Source: Selaginella moellendorffii
Lineage: Eukaryota; Plantae; Lycopodiophyta
Direction: 5' to 3'
DNA: 64,000 nucleotides
Assembly (NCBI RefSeq): GCF_000143415.4
Contig: NW_003314270.1
Span: forward strand, 1,044,722 to 1,108,721
Position numbers and translations under genes: made by a program. The notes under the pieces were generated by a model that was given only the letters and a program-made list of their open reading frames with translations, made no database searches and had not been told where the DNA came from. Positions 24,226 to 35,138 of the stretch are shown here, one piece after another (position 1 is the first letter of the stretch; each line of letters starts with the position of its first letter).

Positions 24226-27200
24226 GCCAAGACTAGCACACAAAATGGAGTCAAATAGCGTTTGGCACTATTTCGGCATACCAATGGCCTAACGTGAAGA
24301 TATAGATACTCCACCAGCTAACATGGAATGGAACTTGGGTTTAGACCTAAGCCGGACGCAAAACAAAGACAGGTATGCAAGTGGGAGCTATACTATGCCT
24401 CAAGTTGGTCGACCTACCCACTATCCCTACTATACATTTGGAACCCCTTACAGGCCCCCCCCCCCCTTAAGGAACACATGCTTTGGGCTTTCACCCCAAG
24501 TCTCCCTTAGTATCAGGAGTTAGTCTCTGGGACAAGCTCGAAACCTACTAAATATGGAATGGCACTAGATTGTGAATTTGGACACGGGACGAATACCATT
24601 GTGTTTAGGACAATCTCTACATTCCGTAGATATGCCAAATAAGCAAATCTAAATACTTTTCATAAATAGCATTTAAGACCGGAATGAGACTAATACAAAG
24701 GGCATGATAGCAAGGGTGTTTGGGAGACACAATAAGCTACCATCTAGTGAATATTGAGGGACCAATCTTAATATCATGAGAGCTCCTAACATTAGCAAGT
24801 GCAAGTCAACATCATGAGTTTCTCATCACCGTATCAAATATACTTGACTAAATGACAACTTAGAATTTCCTTCCTTAGTGCCCTTCTAGTCTAAGTGCAC
24901 ATGTGATGACCAGTTTCTCAACTACCTTAGGCAGAAACTAATAATGGGTCTAGCAATACCGACATCTTGCCATCATGGTAGTAAGGAAAGAATGTTTGTG
25001 AGGATTGGCCGATAGGTAACTTTCTATACCCGAAGTCATATTCGCAACACCTTCCCCCCCTTAGGGAAGATCGACATCCTCGTAGATGCATACTCAAGTC
25101 TAGAATACCACTAAGGAAACAACTCCAGAAAAAGTTCATGGTATTCACATTATGTGAAAAATGCACCAACTTACATAAGTGAGGAGGCAACCTCTTTGTC
25201 TAACACGAATGCGCTACAAGCTAAGACACCTTCCGGCTATCGCCAACAAAGAAATGACCAACAGAGTTAGCCACCCTTGTTGCTTTGGTTGTCACCTAGC
25301 TTACAAAATTGTGATACGCCCCTGCCTGCAGAGACATAGAGAGAGAAGCTAGAGGCCCCAACCCTCCTGAGCAAATAAACCAAACCCGTCGGTAAGGTTT
25401 AGATAGACTACTGTAAACATGCAATTAGAGTTATTTACACGGTCATGCCCTTTAACGAAATAAGGAACATTGACAGAGAGGCGGGTGATGTGACCAGTCG
25501 ACAATAGCTACCTCATGACTAAAGATTTCACCATGCACACGAAGTGCCGAAGCCAGTCTACCTATACTGGCCCAAACTCAAAGATCAATAGATGGATAAT
25601 ATCAAAGTCATAAACAATGATATCTTAGAGTCTTAATTATCAGTGAATATATCTTAGATTAGAACACAAAAGTATTTTAAGTAAGTTATCATCTGATAAA
25701 CTAGTATTATAGTATAAGATCATCATGGTTGGAAAACATAGGATTCACTATCTAACAAAATTCAATAGCACATATACTATCAAGTAAACTCAATGATAAA
25801 ACTTAACTACCAAAGATTATAGATAGTATGCCAAAAAACTTACAAAAGATAACTCAAAGAACACAAAGTATCATTGACTGGCAAGCAGAATACTCGCGAT
25901 TGTATCACTCGAAGGAAATAACATCCAAATCTATCAGATCTATCTTGAGGAACAATCAACAAAACTGAATAAATGCGGTAAGACCAACAAACATTCGTTC
26001 ATGCCAACTATCACACCAATCAATCGAAATAGATCCAGGTCAATAATATTAAGGAACCAGAGTTGCTCAAGCAAGTGTTAGCAACATCCTACTGATGTCT
26101 CAAACCCAAAAGACCAATTCAAAGCAAACCACAAAGAACATGTAATATTGCAAAAAGCTATAAGCCATTAAAGAGAAAAACTAACTATTATGAAAGATTA
26201 TCAAGCATCCCATCAATAGAGAAATGCATAATCATCATCCACCATCCACCATCCCGAACAATGGGAAATCATTTTACATCAACAATAATCAAGCAAAACC
26301 TCTAACAAGGATAATCAATTATCTTAAATGATAGTCAATCATCACCAATGATTGCTAAATGCAAAATACTAACTTCAACATCAAAGCTAATAAGTTAAAA
26401 ATGCCTTTCTAACAACTTTTAACAAATGAAACAATGAGCACAAAAACTTAAGGAACCAAAAGCTTAAAGAAATCTATAGCCAAGTCTTGCTTAACAATGA
26501 TCACAAGTCTCACATGAACTAACTTTAATGCTAAAGAAAAAATCATGGTACAACCCACAATATCCTCCTCAACACATCCATAAACCAAATTTCATAATGC
26601 CAAAACTAATGAAGAGCATATCTGTATCAATCCAAAAGCTAAGCACAATAAAGCTATGCTTAACAAATGATTACTAAACGATCCTCCATAAATCTATTTA
26701 TAGTAAGACGTAATTCACTTCATAACAAGTACAAGAAGAATCATCAATAATCAATATATCCTATCTTAAATCCAACAAGGACTCAAACATTCCAATATCG
26801 ATCACTAACTCTTCCTCTCGTAGAGTTAGGATTATCCACGATTAAATCACTTTTCAAGGAAAAGCCAAAGTTCAACCCCTACTAAATAATCTTGTCTAGA
26901 ACACAACTAACTCAACTTGCCACTTAGTTCATTTGAACATCAACACAGTTGCTAACTAGCAAATGCATAAATGCTAATAACATAAACAACCCAAGCATCA
27001 ACACTATTTGCATCGAGACTAATGAAACTCAATATCAATCCTATGGAGAGACATCTCATTTCACTTGAATCCCAACATCAATAATGTCAATGACAACGCA
27101 TCACTTCAATACCATCAACACTATAACAAAGCTAAAAGAAGGCACGAGTGAATTACCACTCAAAGCTCTTTAGCAACGAAGCTAACCAAAGTCAAAAATA

Positions 27201-29344
27201 CCTTAGTTAGTATTTGAGACTAATCCTCCAATAATACTCAGCTACATATAACACTTAATCAAGGAGTGAATCACCACATCTAAGACTCAATGAAATCCAA
27301 CACCATAGACTAAATGTAACCAAATGACATTGACAAAGGTAGAATCGATATGTCAATATAGAAAAACCATGTAAGTCTAACAACATGATCCTCTAATACC
27401 AAATGTAGCGTATGTGGTTTTTACCTTTATCCTATGGTGATTTAGGATAACCACGAAGCGAATCTTAACCCTCTATATGCCACGTGTCACATGCTATATG
27501 TCCATAAGATAGTAGTGTGGAACCCGAACTTCAGAGCTTTGGGCCACTGAATGAAGGAACGGTGCCAAACTCCCAAACATGGAGCTAAGGAGTGATGGAA
27601 TTGGACCACGGAGCAACTCTCAAGCATACAGCCCAAGGAGAGAAAGGACTTTCGCATTGCCTTCGGTCCAATCCAAGACAAGTTTATAAAAAAGCATAGC
27701 AATGATTATTTAAACCAATAGACCAATCCCTAAAATCTTGATTGATCCACCCATAATCATGCCTAGGAAGGATCCATTAATGCTGTGCTAAACAGCTATG
27801 GACCAACTTATTTGCCACTCATAGCAAACCCAAGGAAAGTTTACTTTCACTCATGGTACATAGAACAACTCAGGAAACCATTGAAACAACTCATAGAACC
27901 ATCGATAGGCTTACATTAATCCTACCAACTCAAAGTATAATCTTGAGTTGTTAATGTACCTCACTCACGAGCCCAAGCGCAAACTCGTGCAAACAAAATA
28001 GCTTATTCCATCCTATAAGCCCAAGAGCAAGCTCACATAATAAAGTACAACAAGGTAACCAAATCCGTACCCAAGGAATCAATGTGAAATCTTTGCACCC
28101 AAATGTGTGCCCACTTAGATCATTGTTTTCATTTTTGCATATGCAATGAGACTAGTTGACCAATCTCATTGGATAGTACTCGCCGAGACTCATTCTCTAA
28201 TACCAAATGTAACATATGTGGTTTTTACCTTTTATCCTATGGTGATTTACTATAGAATAACCACAAAGCGGAACCTAACCCTCCATGTGACACGTGTCAC
28301 ATGCCATGTGTCCATAGGACAGTGGTGTGGAACCCGAAGTTCAAAGCTTTGGGCCATTGAACAAAAGAACGGTGCCAAACTCCTAAGCATGGAGCCAAGG
28401 AGTGACAGAACCGGACCATGGAGCAACTCCCGAGCATATAGCCCAAGGAGAAAAGAGACAGGAGCATGGAGCGACTTGGAATAGTCCTAAAGTATCTAGC
28501 ATCCTAATGTTAGGACCAGCACATAAAATGGAGCCAAACGGAGTTTAGCACTATTTTAGTATACTGGTGGCATAATGTGAGGATATAGGTACTCCACCAG
28601 CTAGCATAGAATGGAACTTGGGCTTAGACCCAAGCCAGACGCAAAAGAAGGACAGACATGCAAATGGGAGCTCTACTATGCCTTAAGTTGGTCGGCCATG
28701 CCTAACTTACCCACTATCCCTACTATACATTTGGAACCCCTCACAGGCCCCCCCCCCCCCCTCTCTTAAGGAACACATGCTTTGGGCTTTCACCCCAAGC
28801 CTCCCTTAGTATCAGGAGTTAGTCTCTGGGACAAGCTTGAAACCTACTAAATATGGAATGGCACTAGATTGTGAATTTGGACACGGGACAAACACCATTG
28901 TGTTCAAGACAATCTTTACATTCTGTAGATATGCCAAATAAGCAAATCTAAACACTTTCCATAAATAGCATTTGAGACTAGAATGAGACTAACACAAAGG
29001 GCATGATAGCGAGGGTGTTTGGGAAACATAGTAAGCTATCATCTAGTGAATATTGAGAGATCAATCTCAATATCACGGGGGTTCCCAACACTAGCAAATG
29101 CAAGTCAACATCATGAGTTTCTCATCACCATATCAAATATGCTTGACTAAATAACAACTTAGGATTTCCTTAGTGCCCTTCTGATCTAAATGCACATGTG
29201 ATGACTAGTTTTTCAACTAGCTTAGGTAAAGACTAATAACAGGTCTAGCAATACCGACCTTCTGCCATTGTGGTAGTAAGGAAAGAGTGTTCGTAAAGAC
29301 TAACTGACAGGTAACTTTCAATACCCGAAGTCATATTCGCAACA
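24226..29344 (-). mobile_element. Element C: non-autonomous (LARD-like) relative of A
   Basis: Truncated 3' LTR at 24226-25049 and PPT at 25050-25062. Its 3' internal region ~25063-25580 is homologous to A's 8857-9370. AT-rich interior with no retroelement ORF. PBS TGGTATTAGAG at ~28195-28205 and 5' LTR 28208-29344 (TGTAAC...GCAACA). Confidence 0.82.
27391..27645 (-). repeat. Internal duplicate of element C PBS plus LTR end
   Basis: CTCTAATACCAAA TGTAGCGTATGTGG... aligns with 28195-28450. Confidence 0.85.
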
Positions 29345-32320
29345 GGGGTGATCACTTGATTGCAGAGCCCTTTCATTATTCTATCATTCTGACCTGGTGC
29401 CTAACAACCATAAAAGATCTGTGCCCATTGCTTCTACCATACAATTGGAAAGGAAATGTCAACCTCTCAAAACTCAATCTTTTGATTGGGAGGAATATTT
29501 AAATGATTTCCAAAAACAACAAATCTTAAAAGCCTTCTTTGAAATTGAGCTAATTTTAAAAGTTGATCTCTATACAATATTCAAAGAAATACCTAGGCAA
29601 GAAACCCCTAAACCAAATATTGGTAGGGCTATAGGAGATTTCTCCCTAAAGGAGAATCTTGTTTATAAAATTGATCAATAGAGAAACTATGTTTTATATG
29701 TTTCTTATGATAAACCATTTAAGCAAATAAATTCAGCAGATGAGAATAATTTGCATATTGTCAAAATTGCTCAAGGATTGCAAAATGAATTTTGTAATCA
29801 AGGCATAAATTTACTAAAGGATTACAAAGACATTTTTGCCTATTCTTACACAGATTTAAAAAGCATCTTGCAATAACTTTATGTGCATCATAATGAAATA
29901 CTCTTAAGAAATATGTTTAATGAATTACTAAAGTAAAGTCAAGGAGGAAATCGATAAACTTCTCTAAGCAGAATTCATTTATCCAATCCAGAGAGCTCAA
30001 TATCTTTCACCACTTATAATTGTGTCTAAAAGAGATAGCAATTTACAAGTTTGTGTGAATTACAAAAATCTAGATAATACAATAAAAAAGAATATGTTCC
30101 ATATTCCTTTCACAAATGAAATTTTGGATTCAAGAGCAAATTATGAGATGTATTCATTTTTAAATGGATTTTTTGGCTATAACCAAGTGGAAATAGCACC
30201 TAAAGATCAATATAAAATGGTTTTTATAAGTTTATGGGGAACTTATGCTTATTGCAAAATGCCCTTTGGCCTATGCAATGTTTCTTTCACATTTCAAAGA
30301 GTTGTTACGAACACTTTTAAAGAATATCTCATTTATTTTATGAGAGTTTTCATGGATGATTTTAGTGTCTTTAGCTCCAAAATATAACATTTAATTTACT
30401 TATAAAAATGTTTTCAAAATTAGAGAGAATATGGCATTTCTCTTAATCCAAAGAAGTGTACTTTCTTTGTAAATTTTGACATACTTTTAGGTTATATTAT
30501 ATGTAAGGAAAACATCCTTATAGATAAAGAAAAAACTCAAATGATGGAGACAATATTTCCATCATATAATTTTAAAAGTATTTATTGCTTTCTAGGAAAA
30601 ATTGGCTATCATAAGCAATTTATAAAAAATTATACAAAGATTGCTAAGCCACTTATTTATCTTTTAAAGAAAGATATTTAATTCATATGAAATAAAAATT
30701 GTCAAAAAATATTTTTAAGGCTTAAATAATGCCTTAAAGAAGCACTTATACTTATTAAGCTAGATTGGACAAAAGAGTTTTACCTACAAGTGGATATTTT
30801 TTATATTGCCACAGATGCAATATTATCCCAAATACAAAGTGATCAAAATGATCATCCTATCTACTATGCAAGCAGACACTTAAATCCTATTAAGCATAAC
30901 TATACAATAATTGAAAAAGAGGTGTTAACACCTTACAAAAATTTAGGCATTATCTGTTAGCAACAAAATTAATTATCTTTCCTAACTATAAAGCTCATTT
31001 ATATCTCATCAACAAGTTGTGCATATCTGTTGACTAACTAAATGGTTTCTACTATTACAAGAATATAATTTTAAAATAGTGTATAGATTTGGAAAATTTT
31101 ATGAACAGGTCAATTGCCTAAGTTGCATTACTATAGAAGAGTCATTTAATACTAAAGAAGACGAACTTCCAAATATTCATTTATTTACAATCTTTGGGCC
31201 TACCATTTAGTTGGAAGCTATATAAATCTATTTTTCTATAGGCATCATTTCACCTCACTATAACACGCTAGAGAAAAAGAAGTTATTTGTCTTGAGAACA
31301 TGACATTACTTTATCATGAAAGAGCATCTATATAAATCAAGTATCGATGGAACACTAAGGAAATGTGTTAATAAGCAAGAAGAAAGAAATGAAATCTTAA
31401 AAGAAGTTTATTCAGGCTCATCAGAAGGCCATTTTACAAATAAAATCACTGCTAGAAAAGTCTTACAAGAAGTGCTTTAATTTCCTATACTTTGGAAAGA
31501 TATAGCAATTTTCTGCAAAATTGTGACATTTGCCAAATGCATAAACTACCGTCTAAGAAGTAAATCCATGAACTAAATGTTATATATCAATATAAAGCAT
31601 TTTATAAATGGGGATTGGATTTTGTAGGACTTATAGTGATAAGTAGTAAGAGAAACAAATATATTTTAGTCGCCACTAATTATGTGACTAAATAGACAGA
31701 AGTTATGCCTATAAAATAGACCTTAACTGTTAACATTGTTAAATTCTTTTATGAAAATATCATTGTAAGATTTAGTTTGCTTAAGAAGATTATCACAAAC
31801 AAAGGCATCCATTTATTATACAAAAATTTATCTTTAAACACAAAAACTCTATACCATATTACCCACAAAGGAATGGCCAAGCTAAATTTACTAATAAAAT
31901 GCTTTAAAATATTTTTAAAAAGATTATAAAAGACTATAAAAAAGATTGGGATGAAAAAATCTTAAATGTTTTGCAAGTTTATAAGACTATATATAAAGTA
32001 TCCACATACATGACACCATTTTGTCTACCTATAGCTAAAAAGGTTTAACACTTATGGAATTTATAATTCCCTCTTTGCATATTACAATTAAAAATAGCTT
32101 AGATGAAAAAGAAACTCTTAAGAAAAGATTTGCCAAAATAGGAAACTTAAATAAAATTAAGCTTAAAGCAATCTAAACCCTACATGCAATTCAAAAAGCC
32201 AGAAGGCTAAATATAATACACAATTGAAAATCTCTTGCAAGCTTAAGCCACAAAATAAGGTCCTTTGGTATCAAAGCAAAATAAATGTATTTAGAAATAA
32301 ATTTGAGAGGAAATGAAGTG
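29345..32320 (+). mobile_element. Heavily decayed non-chromovirus Ty3/gypsy pol (RT-RH-INT)
   Basis: ORF 30022-30387 (YSFLNGFFGYNQV, KMPFGLCN, VFMDDFSVF). HPIYYASR at ~30853, KWGLDFVG at ~31605 and YYPQRNGQ at ~31855. Many stops, strongly AT-shifted. Confidence 0.88.
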
Positions 32321-34048
32321 GGGGGTTGAAATTAGTAAGAATGATTTCACTTTCCCATTCTTGGTGGAAAGATATGTAGCTTGCATTGCCCTAAATCATC
32401 ATTGCTCTATTTTGACAAGTTTAAATTGCAAGATGCTGTCGTGGAACTTGTTAGAGTGTGTTTGATCAATGCAATGACTACAACATGTCAAAAATGAAAA
32501 GGACAAGCATGTTGTTGTGACTACAAAACATTCAACCGACTGTTATGCCAAAATGGGAAGAGGTATCTGCTGTTGGTGTAGATACTTTACACAATAATGG
32601 GCAATGTCTTTGGGATCGTTTAAAACTTCAAATATAATTTAATAGATGGTGTTTTAGGTGAAACTAAAAAGTTAAAGAAAAGGAATATTAAAAGTAAAAA
32701 GAGTAGACATTAAGATCTTATTTAGTTTTCTCCACCTTTAACTAGAAATTAATCACAGGGACGCTATTAGACTTTGCTCCAACCTTTATGAGTTAATAGT
32801 TATTATCACATTTACTTTAATGAGTTTCTTTATTTAACCATGCATTTTGCATAATGCTTCAGTAGCTTAGATCTAAACAATTCATAGCCGTCGGATTTAA
32901 TCTGAGACGCTGTAGAAATATATCTGAAGGCTAGTGTTTAGGGTAAGTCTTGATGGGGCTGGGTTTCGCTGTTGGCGGCGGCGCTGGGAGGAGGCGGCGT
33001 GGCAGGAGGCGTTATTTTTTTCTCAAACCATCAAAATGCACACTGGTGGGGTGCCCATTCTCAACGTGGCTACTCAGTATTCGTTTTGGGCTGTCGCTAC
33101 TGTTTTGCACAGTACGTTGAGGCGGCCAAAGCGAGAGGAAGTCGGGGAATCGAAGCCCCCGGCTGCCCCACACTTAGATGTAGGATTTTCGATTGTGTGA
33201 AACTACTAACAAGCAGGATCGAAGACCAGCTACCCAGCCCTCTTTTGGGGATTTCCTCTTTGAGGAGAACCCCTCCAAAACAAAAAACGAAGAAGCATTC
33301 CTTTCGTTTTTTTTGGTCTTCGAAACAGTGTCTGTCTTGTTGCTTGACAAGGATTAGGGTTCACGGGCGCCTCCCCTCTCGCCAGCACCTGATCCGGTCG
33401 CTGTTTCTCAGAATGTTTCGCTTGAGCTGAGCCCCAGCTGAAATCAAGTTCGACTGCAGAGCTAACTGCTGTTAAATTGTAAGCAAGTCTTCTTTATTAT
33501 AACTGGCGAAAAAAAAGTTTGCTTCTTAGTTTTGAGATTTGCGGGGCCAAGATCTCCCATGGCTGCTAGATTTCATATCTTCCTCCAAATCTTCAGCTGT
33601 CCCATCCAACTTCTCCCATCCCATCCATCTAAAATCCTCTCAGTAACTGAATCCTGAGATTGATAGAGTATTTTCATGCGCAGTCGATCGGCGCCATTTC
33701 TTGTCCAGTGAGCGCTCTCGCTTGAGATCTTGCAATGGAGAGCTCTGGCGGAGCTCCGGCGGAGCTTGTCACTTTTGTCTTTCTGGGCAGAGCTTTGCAG
33801 GAGTTGAAAGAACGTTATATATGATCTGCAGCCAACTTTGATGTGATAAGTGAGAAAATTAATAGTAAACACTAGTTTGAGTTTACAAGTCATAGGAATC
33901 GTTTTGTAGGGCTTATATGAACGGATGAAATCACAACTTTTAGATTGAGGCACCAGAAATCTGGAAACTAGCAACAACAAACATTCCAGTTTTGATCTAT
34001 AATCAAAATATATTTATATTTTTTTTCGTTGAATAAAAATCCTTGTTT

Positions 34049-35138
34049 TCATCGACAGAAGTCTGCCGCAATCTGGAGCAGAAGTTGATGCAACTCTTGA
34101 GGAGCCGAGAAGAAAGGAGAATGGTCCGACTCTATGCTGTAGACCTTGTCCGGCAAGCTCTTGGTCACAGCAATGTCCTGCTCTCTGGGGCTAAACGACC
34201 TGTCCTTCTCCGTCTTTACGTACACCCTTGGCACGGATCCATAGCCTCTCTTAGAAGTGCTAAAGTTTACCTTGGACACCGCCGCGATTGGTGAAGGCCT
34301 CAAGAGAATCGACGCGAGCGCAACGTCCTGAAAGTAAAGCTCAGTAAACAAAGAAAGAAACCATAGCTATCGGGCTATAAGTGGCAAGCGGTACTCGAGA
34401 GAGAAGGGATAAAAGGCAATGTATAAAGAAGTAAGTACCTCTGCTGGTGAGAGATGATAAAACGCCTCACGGACAAAATCCTTCCGGACCATGACAGTCG
34501 TCGGTCCGTTTTCGACTCCATTTGCGAATGTAAAGTGCATCTTGTCGGGGAAAGACTCTGTTGCTCGCACCTTGAAACAGCAAGGACCACAGCAATTGCA
34601 TTAAAACTTGGGGGTGAAAAACAACGAAGAAAGAAAGAGCAGCTCGCTTACCAAATTGATTTCGGCCTCCTGCGTTTGTAGTCCCACTGGAAACATGGCA
34701 GCGGCGATGTATACCGACACCGCAACCTTCTCCGGGAACTGTTCCGAGGCGTGGACCACGCTCACCCCTCCCAAGCTGTGGCCGACGAGCACAACCTGTA
34801 GCATCAAACGAAAGAGAGCGTCAGAAACTGTTCCAGGGAATTTTTCTCGCGGAGAACAAGAGACTGAGAGAGCGGCCGTCACTGTCCCTCGCGTTTGTAC
34901 TTCTCAATCATTTGCCACTCACCTTGTCTTGCACTTTGCTGAGGAAATCAATCAAAGGTTGAGTGTACTCGGCGAAGGAGGTGACAGTCTCGGCGTCCCG
35001 GGTGTGCGTGCCGCAGCTCGAGAGGTCCAAGGCCGTGACTTTGTGGCCCGAGGCCTGGAGCAAGTTGACGATCTTGTACCAGCACCAGGCCCCGTGACTA
35101 CCCCCATGAACGAGGACGAAGTGGCATGGCTTTGTCAT
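34049..35138 (-). CDS. MES: Methylesterase (SABP2/MES family alpha/beta hydrolase), 4 exons, 256 aa
   Basis: Exons 35138-34923, 34795-34652, 34570-34439 and 34327-34049 with GT-AG junctions in frame. Motifs [22 protein letters not shown] in TEKD and H in SDHSPFFS. Confidence 0.93.

Noticed and set aside
32934-33980. ORFs of 88, 152 and 135 aa
   Set aside because: No recognisable motifs and mostly non-ATG starts.
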